The translations under genes were made by a program, and so were the position numbers. Source: the human T2T-CHM13v2.0 reference genome, Homo sapiens. Taken from it: a stretch of DNA of 64,000 nucleotides. Numbering within the stretch: the stretch's first letter is position 1; each line of letters opens with the position of its first letter. The notes beneath the pieces are model-generated. The model was given only the letters and a program-made list of their open reading frames with translations. It was not told the DNA's origin and ran no database searches. The stretch lies in the NCBI RefSeq assembly GCF_009914755.1, contig NC_060935.1. One strand, 5' to 3'. Below are positions 16,551-29,360 of this stretch, piece after piece.

Positions 16551-17274
16551 GTCAATATATTACTATTGTTGGTGCTATTATAATAGCATATTTTATGAAA
16601 ATATCTATATTTCATACTTGTGCCCTAAAATCCATACCGTAACAAAATAAAAAATAATTACTCTTGGCTCATGTCTTAGATTAATCAAATTGGAAACATA
16701 ATTACAACAAATACAGAACATTGAAATTAAAGAACTTCCTTCCAACAGGTAGAGATAAAATATTTAGTAAATCTGGAAGATTGACTGCTCTAATTCACCT
16801 TGACTCTAAAATCAACGTTTAAAAAAGGGTCTGTTATTTTTAGTGTTTAGCTCTATGGATAACCGTAAACTGAGGAATCATAATACCTAAGGTAAATTGT
16901 TCAAGTGTAGTAATACGTAGTGGAATGTTTAATTAGAACAAAATCCTATCCTTTCATAGTGTATAAAATTTAGATGTTTAAGGAACTCATTGTGTCTAAC
17001 GATTGTGCAGCATATCAACAGTGTAGTTAGTACTTGTGATCACATTACTTTTAGTCCCTTTTTCTTCCAGTCGGTGTTACACACTGCAGTGCAGTCACAC
17101 ACTAATGCTTAATAAATTTAATTATATTATTCTTCTCATAACATTTTTATAAAAAATACAATACAAAAAAATACAATTCCTATACACCAAGCAGTATAGC
17201 ACCTATTCACATTTTTGCATATCTCTTATTGTTTTCCACAGTTAACTTTACGTCAGGGGAAAGACTGGCCAAAG

Positions 17275-17782
17275 TGTAATGGTTAATATTGAGTGTCAAC
17301 TTGATTGGACTGAAGGATGCAAAGTACTGTTTTTGGGTGTGTCTGTGGGAGTGTTGCCAAAGGAGATTAACATTTGAGTCAGTGGACTGGAAAGACAGAT
17401 CCACCCTCAATCTGGGCGGCACCATCTAGTAAGCTCCCAGTGCTACCAGAATGAAAGCAGGCAGAAGAACGTGGAAAGTCTAGACTGACTAAGCCTGGCC
17501 TCCATCTGTCTCTGGTGCTGGATGTTTCCTTCCCTCGAACATCAGACTCCAAGTTCTTCAGCTTTTGGACTCGGGCTTAACACCAGTGATTTGCCACTGA
17601 AGGCTGCACTATCAGCTTGTCTACTTTTGAGGTTTTGGGACTCAGGTTGGCTCCCTGGCTCCTCAGCTTGCAGATGGGCTATTGTGGGACTTTACCTTGT
17701 GATCATGTGAGTCAATTCTAATAAACTCCCCTTCATATAGACATCTATCAGTTCTCCCCTCTAGAGAACCCTGACAAATACA
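17275..17782 (+). mobile_element. MLT2A (probably MLT2A2) HERV-L solo LTR
   Basis: TGTAATGGTTAATATTGAGTGTCAACTTGATTGG ... CTAGAGAACCCTGACAAATACA; perfect 5-bp TSD CAAAG. Confidence 0.93.
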
Positions 17783-18327
17783 CAAAGAGTAATATATTTT
17801 TAGAGGATTTGCTTTATATCACATTGATATCAAATGATTCACTGGACATATGGCAGAATACTCACCAGCGTGAGTTAAAACAATCCTTGGAAGTGTAAAC
17901 AGAACATTGGAAACTACATTTCTTTTCTGTATATACTCGTCTAAATTTCTATCTATTCTAGGACTTCTTAAGAAGCAATTGTCCAACCTTCAGCTTTAGC
18001 ATTGAGGTCAAAAGAGGAAAAAACTTTCCAAATTATTGGTAGAATTGAAATGAAATCTTCATTTTAGAATGATTTTTAAAGCCTAATGTTTAGACTCACC
18101 TATTAACTCCCATTTTGAATATGTTTGTCATATTGGTACCTGTTAAATATTTCAAACACCATTGCTTTAGATTTACTCTTATATCTAAAGAGTCTTCTTT
18201 TGTCTCTTGCTCATATACATAAAATTCATTTCTTATAAGTATAGCCCTTAATGTCTTTGTGTTTCTTTGTTTTCAATATTTATCTATATGCCAGAATTAT
18301 TACTTTAGCCAAGTTTGCTTCAAATGC

Positions 18328-18700
18328 TGCTATGGTCTGAATGTTTATGTCCTCTTAAAATTCATATGTTAAAATCTTAACCCCCAAGGTGATGGTATAG
18401 ATGGCCTTCGGGAGGTGATAGATCATGACATGGAGCCCTCATGAATGGGATTCATGCTCTTTCGAAAGAGGCCCCACGACTGCCTTACCGCTTCCACCAT
18501 TTGAGGACACAGCTAGGAGATACCGTCTATATACCAGAAATACACAAGAGAAGAGACCTCATTGAAACCTCAACAGACACCAAATCTGCTGTCACCTTGA
18601 TCTTGGACTCCCCAGCGTCCACAACTGCAAGAAATAAACTTCTGTTGTTTATAAATTACCCAGTCTTTGGTACTTTTTTAAATCAGCCCAAACAAAGACA
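18328..18700 (+). mobile_element. MLT1A0-like MaLR solo LTR
   Basis: TGCTATGGTCTGAATGTTTATGTCC ... AAGACA; TSD AATGC/AATAC. Confidence 0.88.
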
Positions 18701-18829
18701 AATACCTGACTCTGCTGAAATATCTAGATCATTTCTCTGCTTACTATAGGCAAAATATTGGGGGATGAGGAGGATTTATTCTACAATAAATCCTGACTTT
18801 ATGAAAGGAAGATATTTACTGTTTTTTTA

Positions 18830-20965
18830 AACTATTATTTGTATAAGTTTAAAAAGTACAAGTATAATTTTATTACATCGATATATTACATAGTGGTATA
18901 ATAAAATCTAGGCTTTTAGTATATGCATCTCCCAAAAAATGTTCATTATACTCACTACGTAATTTCTCATCATACACCACCTCCCACTCCACAACACTTC
19001 GGAGTTTTAGGTGTATATTATTCCACACTCTATGTCCATGTGTACACATTATTTAGCTTCCACTTATAAGTGAGACATAAAAAGTATTTGTCTTTCTGCT
19101 TCGGAGTTGCTTCACATAAGATAATGGCCTCTGGTTCTATCCATGTTGCTGAAAAAAAAAAAAGAAAAAAAGAAAAAGAAAAGCGTGATTTCATTCTTTT
19201 TTATGGCCAAAGAGTATTCCGTTGTGTATATATATATCAAATATTATTTATCCAATCATCAATTGGCATACACTTAGGATGATTTCATATCTTTACTATT
19301 GTGAATAGTGCTGTGATAAATATATGAGTGCAGGTATCTATTTGATATATTGATTTTCTATCCAGTAGCGGAATGCTGGATTGAAGGTATCTCTATTTTT
19401 AGTTCTTTGAGAAATCTCTATACTGTTTTCCATAGAGGCTGTGTGAACTTACATTCCCATCAGTAGTGTATAAGTGTTTTATTTTCTACACCTCCTGGCC
19501 AACTTCTGTTAGTTTTTTACTTTTTAACAGTAGCAATTTTGACTGGTATAAGATGACATTTCACTGTTTTAATTTGCATTTCTCTGATGATTAGTGATGT
19601 TGAGTATTTATTCATATGCTTGTTAGGTATTTGTATACCTTTGATAATTTTCTTCTTTTATTATTTTCAAGCTACATGCCTATGTATGTCTTCTTCTGAA
19701 GGATGTCTTTTCATGTCCTTTATACACTTTTTAATGAGATCATTTGTTTTTTGTTGTTGTTCTTGAGCTGTCTGAGTTTCTTCTAAATTGTGGATATCAG
19801 TCCCCTGTCAGGTGGACAGTTTCCAAATGTTTTCTCCCATTCTGCAGGTTGTCCGTATACTTGGTTGATTATTAATTTTGCTGTGCAGAAGCTTTTTAGT
19901 TCAATTAAGTCCCATTTGTCTATTTTTGTTTCTTTGCTGGTAATTTTGAGGACTCAGTTATGAATCATTTTCCTACACCAATGTCCAAAACAGTTTCATA
20001 GGTTTTCCTCTAATATTTGCATGGTTTCAGGTCTTATATTAAAGTATTTAATCCATCTTGAGTTGAGTTTTGTATATGGTGAGAGATGGGGTTCTAGTTT
20101 TATTCTGCATATGGCATTCCAATTTTCCCAGCACCATTTATTGAAAAGGGTATTCCTTCTCTAATATATATTCTTGTCAACTTTGGCAAAGATCAGTTAG
20201 CTATAGATATGTGGTTTTTTCTTGGTTATTTATGCTGTTTTGTTGATCTATGTGTATTTTTCTACCAGTACCATACAGTTTTTGTTTCTATAGCCTTGGA
20301 GTATAATTTGAAGTCAGATAATATGACTTTGTTGTTTTTGCTTAGGATTGCTTTGGCTAGCCAGGCAATTTTTTGATTTCATATAAATTTTAGAATTTTT
20401 TTTTTAATTCTGTGAAGAAGAATGTTGGTATTTTGAGAGGGATTGTATTGAATAGATTGCTTTGGGCAGTATGTTCATTTTAATAATGTTATTTCTTCAA
20501 TTCCATAAGAATGGGATTCTTTTTTTAGTTTGTGCCATTTACATTTTTTTTAAATCAGGGTATTGTAGTTTTCCTTGTAGAGATTTTTCCTTTGATTGAA
20601 TATATTTTTAGGTATATTTCTGTAGTTTTTGTAAATGGGATTACGTTCTTGATTTGTTTCTTCACTTGATTGTTATTGGTGTATAGAAATGCTACTGATT
20701 TTTTCATGTTGATTTTTACTGAAACTTTACTAAATTCATTCATAAAATCCAAGAGTTTTGGTGGAATATTTAGGGTTTTCTAGGTATAAGATAATAAAAT
20801 CAGCAAACACAGATAACTTGACCTCTTCTTTTCTAATTTGGATGATTTTTATTTATGTCTCCTGCCTGATTTCTCTGGCAAACACTTCTAATACTATGTT
20901 GAATAGCCATGGCAAAAGTGGGTATCCTTGTCTTACGCCAGTTCTTAGGGAGAATGTTTTCAACT
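18830..20965 (-). mobile_element. 5'-truncated L1PB/L1MA-type LINE-1
   Basis: Older L1 3'UTR followed by ORF2 3' half (GCTGTGCAGAAGCTTTTTAG, TTTGGGCAGTATG); degenerate ORF2 peptide 20555-20752. Confidence 0.88.
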
Positions 20966-21304
20966 ATTTAAAGAGCTTAAGGTGGCTATTTTCTTGAGTA
21001 TTCCACTGACACCTCAAACCAGGATATCAGAAACCAAGTTCATCATATCTTTGTGAGCCTGTTTCTTCTCCAGTACCTCTTATTTAGTAAATAATGTCAA
21101 AGAGAACATACTTGTCCAAACAAGAAAACTGGGGGTTACATTTGTCCTCTTCATTCTCACTTACCATACTTTGCATCTGATTATGCTCTATAGCTTCCAC
21201 TTTTACAATAATTCTTTTGTTTGTCACTCTTCATCAGATATTAAGCTCTCGCTTCTTCCAACTTAAGTAAGTGCAACAATATAACTAAATTTTCAGCCTC
21301 TAAT

Positions 21305-22008
21305 TGAGAGAGTTCCCTGACACCCCTCACAGGAGGTGCAACATGGGTTTGGGTTGTCTGTTTGGTCGCTGCTGCCCAAACCCATTATGGGAGGAGGAGC
21401 ACACAGACGGACAGGTGCAGGAGCCCAAGTGGGCACGTGTTACGCTATGGTCTTTTAGCCTTGCCATCCGCCAGACAACTTAAGTGTTAACCAGCTCAAT
21501 GGACCCTCTGCCTTTCTGCAAGGGCAGAGCACCAGCGTGACAGCTTTCTGTATCCCAAGTTCTTGTCCAGTGTTCTGGAAGAATCAGGTCACACATAGGC
21601 TTGAAGGATGAATGTGGGGTTTTATTGAATGGTGGAGGTGGCTCTCGGTGGAAGGATGGAGAGCTGGAAGAGCAATGGAGGAGGAAGGCAATCTCCCCCT
21701 GGATTTGGCCCTCCAGCGGCCGAACTCCTCTCCAGCCACCCCCAGCCAAACTCCTCTCGGCATTCAAACATTCTTTCTCTCTTTCTCTGCCTCACCATTC
21801 TGTCATTCATTTGCCTGTCTCCTCATCTGCTTCTGGAGCCTGGTAGTCGGGGTTTATATGGGTACAGGATAGGGAGACCTGATGGGCCAAAAGGCAACAG
21901 GAATGCCTGTTCTCACGTAGGGCTGCGGATACCCAGGTGTGAGGGTGGGGTCCTTGCTCAGGAACTGCTCTCTCCTACCCAGTATTTTCCTGTCTCCTGT
22001 CTGTATCA
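21305..22008 (-). mobile_element. ERV1 solo LTR, LTR27/LTR28/LTR1 group
   Basis: Reverse strand starts TGATACAGACAGGAGACAGGAAAATACTGGGTAG and ends GGGAACTCTCTCA; 4-bp TSD TAAT. Confidence 0.85.
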
Positions 22009-22096
22009 TAATCAGGATCCCCTCCAATCCAACCACAACACTAACAACAGAATTAAAGATGATCAGGCTAAGCACAGTGGCTTATGCCTGTAATCC

Positions 22097-22837
22097 TGTG
22101 AGATGGGACTAGTTGGATTTCGTAGGCTAACTAAAAATCCCTAAGCCTAGGTGGGAAGGTGACCGCATCCACCTTTAAACATGGGGCTTGCAACTTAGCT
22201 CACACACGACCAATGAGGTAGTAAAAAGAGCTCACTAAAATGCTAATTAGGCTAAAACAGGAGGTAAAGAAATAGCCAATCATCTATCCCCTGAGAGCAC
22301 AGGGCAGGGACAATGATCGGGATATAAACCCAGGCATTCGAGCTGGCAACCGCAACCCGCTTTGGGTCCCCTTCCTGTTGTATGAGAGCTCTGTTTTCAC
22401 TCTATTATATCTTGCAACTGCACACTCTCTGGTCCATGATTGTTCTGGTTGGAGCTGAGCTTTTGCTCGCCATCCCCCACTGCTGATTGTGGTCTTCACA
22501 GACACCGCCGCTGACTTCCACCCCTCTGGATCCAGCAGGGGTTCCGCTGCACTTCTGATCCAGCGAGGCGGCGCCCATTGCCGCTCGCAATAGGGCTAGA
22601 GGCTTGCCATTGTTCCTGCGAGGGCTAAGTGCCAGGTGCTCATCCTAATCGAGCTGAATAGAGCTGTAACACTCACCCCATGGCCCAAGATTCCATTCCT
22701 TAGAATCCGTAAGGACAAAAACCCCAGGTCAGAGAACAAGAGCCAACTTGCCATCTTGGAAGCAGCCCACCACCATCTGGGGAGCTCTAAGAACAAGGAC
22801 CCCCCACCGACTCCCCCCCTCCCGGCCCCAGTTAACA
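22097..22837 (+). mobile_element. LTR17 (HERV-W) solo LTR
   Basis: TGTGAGATGGGACTAGTTGGATTTC..CCCTAAGCCTAG..GAGCTCACTAAAATGCTAATTAGG..GTTAACA; 4-bp TSD ATCC. Confidence 0.95.
22205..22330 (+). promoter_or_regulatory. LTR17 U3 core promoter motifs (two CCAAT, TATA)
   Basis: CCAAT near 22210 and 22276; GATATAAA at 22321; activity not shown. Confidence 0.5.
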
Positions 22838-22897
22838 ATCCCAGCACTTAGGGAGGCAGAGGCAGGCAGATTGCTTGACTCCATAAGTTCTAGACTA

Positions 22898-23182
<285 letters not shown>

Positions 23183-23407
23183 TTAACATATTTAGTAATT
23201 ATGCATAACTTTCCGGAGACCAATTCCCCCACTTATCCCTAGATAGCCTCATCTCAAACCATATTTTCAATTGTGATGTTTACCATAATAGACATGAGGC
23301 TTATTTAAGAATTTGCATGGCTTCATGCTACTATGATTTGACACAGCCTAATTTATCTGTTATGAAGTAGACGTTTTACCAAATGTTGAACTTGAAGACA
23401 CAGTTAA

Positions 23408-23800
<393 letters not shown>

Positions 23801-24027
23801 GAACCCATTATATTTTAATGCACTTTATTTGTATCTTATCTTGTTTATTCCATTGAATAACGACATCATATATTATTTGAGCTGGCATCCTACATGCTCA
23901 ACATGATGCCTGCCATGTAGTAGGTACAATAATTATACTTCTTGTCAGATGATCTGAACAGAGATTGAGAAATTTTCAGGTACTGTGAAGATAGATGCTT
24001 TGGTTCCACCACGACTAGGTAATAAAG

Positions 24028-24468
24028 TGTTTCATGGTGGGCAGGTCTCTGCAAAGCTGCTCCGAAGTCCAGGGAAGCTGAGTGGCCAAAGAAAAAGGCT
24101 GACAAATCTGTCTTCACAGAAAGAAACATTTAATAGGGACTTATGAACTAAAGCCGTGTCTGTGTCTCTGGTGGCTATGAGAGAAAATGGTGGATTCTAA
24201 CACTGTTACCCCTGAGACTCAGGAATAACACACCGAAGGGAAGGTGCCTTAGAAAATATGGATAGGAATTTTCCCTGAGGGCATGGATTATGGTAAATAG
24301 GAGTTTATCAATGTTGATTTTCTCTAAAGGCAGGATTTAAGGTAAGTACATGCTCTTAAACAGGAACAATAGAAAAACTGGAAATCTTAGAGGCATTTTG
24401 GAACCAGGGTTGACCAGAAGTCAACATGGCAGATGAGTCTCCAAGATAGAGTTGCTTTGGCCTCCATA
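24028..24468 (-). mobile_element. LTR47-like ERVL solo LTR
   Basis: Reverse strand begins TATGGAGGCCAAAGCAACTCTATCTTGGA..CCATGTTGACTTCTG; TSD TAAAG/TAAGG. Confidence 0.72.
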
Positions 24469-25109
24469 TAAGGTAAGGGTAGAAAAGGACTCATCTTCTG
24501 ATTTCTGCCCTAAGAATCACAAGATGTGTTCACATGCAGTTTATGGAGAAGATGCTAGTAAAACATCATTCTTCCTTGTCATATATTAACATTTACACAC
24601 TTTAAATGAAGGTACTCTTGTGTGTGACATCTTAGTTTTGGTGATAGTAGTGCGTCTTCAAATATTTTGATGAATAGTCCAGAGAAGTTCACAGTAATTT
24701 TATTTCAAGAAGCCTGGACAGCCTATATTAAAATAGAAACTGTGGCATGAAGCATGAGATAAGCTACTCCTGTAATTGTGTGAAATGTAATTGTCAAATT
24801 GCAACATTGTTTTTATGAAGAGTAACAGAGGGTTCCTGTTTCTAGAAAACTTTAGCGTAGACTATGTATAAATGAAAAGCATTTGACATTTGTAAAATCT
24901 CACTGAGAAGTTAATAAAGCGAGTGTTCCCTTACACCTTCTCCCAATTGGCATATGAAGTTTTGTGTGTGCACATGTGTGTATAATTACAGTTGTCTCCA
25001 AGTGTGAACAATTTCTTGGCTATAATTATTTCCCCAAATTTTATTTCTTATATTATTGCTTTGTGAAAAGTCCTGTGTGTAATTATGTGAGAAACGATGT
25101 AACGCAAAT

Positions 25110-25340
25110 TGAAAGATCTGCCTCTGAAGTTCAGTTTTCAAGCTTCACCACTTGATATCTGAATATTGGCAAGTCATTTGCTTGGCCTTTGCTTTGCTTT
25201 CCTCATCTGTAACTTGGGGAGAATAATAGCTATTATTAGCCTATCAATGGCATAGGATTGTTTAAGGATTAAACGAGTTAAAATACATAAGTAATTTAAA
25301 AGAGTAACCAAATTTTTAAGCAACTTATCAATTAATATGG
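25110..25340 (+). mobile_element. MIR SINE
   Basis: TTGGCAAGTCATTT..TTTCCTCATCTGTAACTTGGGGAGAATAATAG..AGGATTAAACGAGTTAA. Confidence 0.8.
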
Positions 25341-26292
25341 GTTATTTTTAGGCTCGTCATTACCCTTAACTCATTATTTGCTGGGGCTCATTATAGTAAG
25401 CAAGGGGACCGAACCCAGTGACTACTTATGATGAAAAATACATACCTGCATTATTACTGCCTTTATGCTTAATAATTTCACAAAGCACATAGTTATGGCC
25501 CATAGTAATGAAGCAAAAGCTGCATAGATAGAACAGGAATAACAAAGAGCACAGATCTTAAAAATAGCTTTTTGGGTCTAAATATTTTTCAAAGCTTGTC
25601 AGGGACTCCTCTGTTTCTCTTGCCGCCCTGTCTCTGTCTCTCTCCTCTCTCTCTTAGCTTCCTGCTGTCGTGTGAGAGTGTTTGTGTGTCTTGCACACAT
25701 GGAGATGTGTGCATGGCAGGTCCAGGGGATGGCTACATGAAGGCAGATCATCAGTTCAATGGAACAGCTCTGTATTACTAGTTTTGTAAATTGGTTGTAC
25801 CTTAAATTTATTTTGACCAAGTCCTTCATTTAATTTAATTTTTAAAAAAGCTAAACCTGCAAATTACAGGAAAAACATACAAAGAACTCTAAATAGGCTT
25901 CCAAGAAGAACCTCGTTTTTGATCTATGTATAATTTTTTTAAAAAAATAGGTAATTTTTTCAGTGGGTGTCAACTCAGTCACATATCAGTTTTCCTCAGT
26001 CACGTATCAGTTGGTTTTAGTGACTAATTTTAATGTTATAAAAAACCTTTAAATAATGTGTAACCAAATTTCTCAGCTTATTTCACATGTTCTTCTTCCA
26101 AAATAGCCCTATGTAAACTTTCACACTAAAAAATCTTACTTGATAAAATAAAATCTGTTTGATATTTAAGCCCAGTATATTGAGACCCCACCAGCATAAA
26201 TGTTTATAAGGAAATACTTCACAGTTACTTGGTACACTAAATTCCTTCTCTTAACTAAGCCTTAATATAGCTGAAATTCTACTTTAATTCTG

Positions 26293-26460
26293 TATTCTGT
26301 ATATCTTATATAAAATATTTTTTAATAATCTATTACTCCTCTCAGGCTGTATACACACACATATACACAAAAAAAGATATTCTGTATATCTTATATAAAA
26401 TATTTTTTAATAATCTATTACTCCTCTCAGTTTATATACACACACACATATACACACAAA
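26293..26460. repeat. 85-bp-period tandem duplication (53 bp identical)
   Basis: 26293-26345 identical to 26378-26430, each followed by a short (CA/TA) tract. Confidence 0.92.
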
Positions 26461-26608
26461 ATGTGCTGGCTAGTGCAAGAGTGACGGGTTAGTGAGTCTT
26501 TTGATCTCACATGGTTACTTGCTTTTATCACAAAGGAAACTTTCAATATCAGTTTTCTGTTTAGTCTTTTAACATATGAGGAACACAATGTAAAGAAATA
26601 CCCTAATA

Positions 26609-26933
<325 letters not shown>

Positions 26934-28091
26934 CTATTAGAAAGTCCACAAATCAGATATCCAGTTTGACTCTATAGTTTTGACAAATAGTATCACACTA
27001 TAATTGTGTCAATAATATAGAATGCAATAAGAAAAATAATTCTTTTATACATTTCCAATTAGCAGCTTGGTTATATTAGACATTCTCTTCTGTTTTGATC
27101 TTGTGATTTTATGTAGAAATCTTTAATTCAATATTAGTTAAAATACATATGTAATTAAGGACCGGAAGCTAAACTGCTGCCTCTACCAGTTTCAAAAAAA
27201 AAAAAACAACAGCAGAGTAAATGTAGATTAAGTATCATTCATATTGACTCGATATATGACATATGTTACACGGTGCTGTGTTCCAAGGCAATTGCAAAGT
27301 GAGGAACAGTCCTACCAAAAATATTTTGACAATGACTGTTTCGCTGGAGACTGGATTAATGATGTATATGTGTGGAAATGTGAGTTTTGCTAAAGGTTGC
27401 CAAACCATACACCTGAAAAGTACTGACAATTACCATCATCCAAGAGATAGTCGCCAGTCCCTTGGCAGTCTAAAATTATAATCAGATATTGAGAAATAAC
27501 ATAAAGAAAAATATGGTCAAATTAGGAGATTAAAACATGATCGAATTACTTATCTGTGATTTTTGAGGATTTCTATACATTATGTGAGATAACAGAAACA
27601 TAGAATAATCAATAAACAGTATCAATAATGTAAAGAACAAGGAAGGAGAGACATCTCTTTGGAAGAAAGAAAAAAATAAAAAAAAAAAACAAGCATGATT
27701 ATTTCACGGAAAAACAACTCCAAGTTCTCAAGATTTGTTTCAATTTCACTCATCTTATAATAAAATACTCCATCACTTACATTATCAGGCACCAAATAGA
27801 AACAATTTAACTAGGAGTGAGAATTGATTCTGTGTGCATATTCAAGCGTGCATACTATGTGAATTATAACAGTATTCCTTTTTCAAATTTGGACTAATTG
27901 TCTCATATTTTACTGCTATTTATTGGAATGCTTATTAGAATAAAGATGGTAATAATATATGTTAACACAGTGTATTTATCTCACCATAAACATTTATTGA
28001 ACAGCTGTGTAGATTTTGACACTTCTCTTGCCTCAAACTGATAATTTTCTCAAGAGTTTGTGAGACATCTTGGCAAATGACTGCTCACTTT

Positions 28092-28219
28092 TATTATTAT
28101 TATTTTTACTGGGGTAAGAACACATCACATAAAATCTACTCTCTTATCACATTTTGCAGTGTATCCTGCCACAGTTGAAAGCATGGATCAAATTGGAGGA
28201 CATTGTGATAAGTGAGGTA
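28092..28219 (-). mobile_element. Very short L1MA-type insertion with 5' inversion
   Basis: Minus-strand L1MA 3' tip (28092-~28165) joined to plus-strand 3'UTR piece GCATGGATCAAATTGGAGGACATTGTGATAAGTGA; 12-bp TSD ACTGCTCACTTT/ACTACTCGCTTT. Confidence 0.7.
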
Positions 28220-29159
28220 ACTACTCGCTTTCTGATCAGTCCATCTCTGCAGAGAATTATTATTTTGGTTGGCTTCTAATTAATTAGTACCTATTATATT
28301 TTCATTTCTCATGTTTTTCATAACAACTTCATAAAAATATCAATAATCAAAATTCATTCAGCATGTGGAGCCACATTTCATTTTGGCTGGGGTTCAATGT
28401 TTGCATGTCATAATGAATAGCTTTGCCAAAATGTTACCAGCCTGCAAAGTATATTTTTGGATTCTTCATCTAAGAACACTTTAAAACAAAGTGAAACACC
28501 TTCTGGAATTCATTCATCAGTGTTTTCCAGCCAGATTATATTGGGTATAAAGAGCAAAGGGAACTGGTCTTTCAGCTTTAGGCAACATGTAGTTATCACT
28601 AGAGCACGATCTGAAGCTTGAAGTCACCTTCAACTTGTCACTATCCCTCTGCCTGCTGTTTAGAACCATTAAGGGCCAGAGAGGCAGCAATAAAAAGTAC
28701 AGCTTTGGATAATAGAGGAAAACATACTGTGCTCTTTATGTTTGTTAATAGGGCATGACAATTGTTCCCAAACTGCCTGGAAGCCATTGTGCCTTGCTAC
28801 TCTGGAGTGTGGCATATAATGTAATAAAGGACACAGTTTCTCAGCTAATGCAAGCATGGCATTTTCCCCCACCTAGCAAATGCCAAATGCTTAGAACACT
28901 CGGGGGTTTTAGAAAGTTTTATAGGGATTTTCTTAGGTAGGCAAACAAAATGGCTTAATTTAAACCCACTTATTTGAAATGGGCCAAAAATAAATAATTC
29001 CTTTAGACTTAGCAAAGAAATTATGTTTTATAAACTGTAATTGCCCTATAAAATTAATCAAAACAAGAACTTCATTTCATATACTAAAAGAAAGCATGAA
29101 TACTCATCAAAACAATGTTCTGTAATTAATATCATTTTGTAGACATTTGTGATCTCCCA

Positions 29160-29360
29160 AGCTCTTGTTATATTCTCTCATTTTGTTATATAATTTTCAC
29201 AATAACACTAAGAGATAGACGTGAGTGTAGTCCTATATTAGGTAGAAAAAGGTAATTCGGTGTTGTTGCATAATTTACCTATGGCTACACGTATAATAAC
29301 TGGGAAAATAAGGATTCAAACTCTGAGAAACCTTCGCTAGGAAAGCAAGATGCTTTGTCC
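29160..29360 (-). mobile_element. MIR SINE
   Basis: TTCACAATAACACTAAGAG..TAATTTACCTATGGCTACAC..AGGATTCAAACTC. Confidence 0.65.

Noticed and set aside
21480-22093. Cluster of overlapping 60-154 aa ORFs in GC-richer DNA
   Set aside because: All lie in an ERV1 solo LTR; chance ORFs from higher GC
25974-26012. Short direct repeat CTCAGTCAC(A/G)TATCAGTT x2, and other short repeats, as a CRISPR-like array
   Set aside because: Only two adjacent copies with no spacers; eukaryotic micro-duplication
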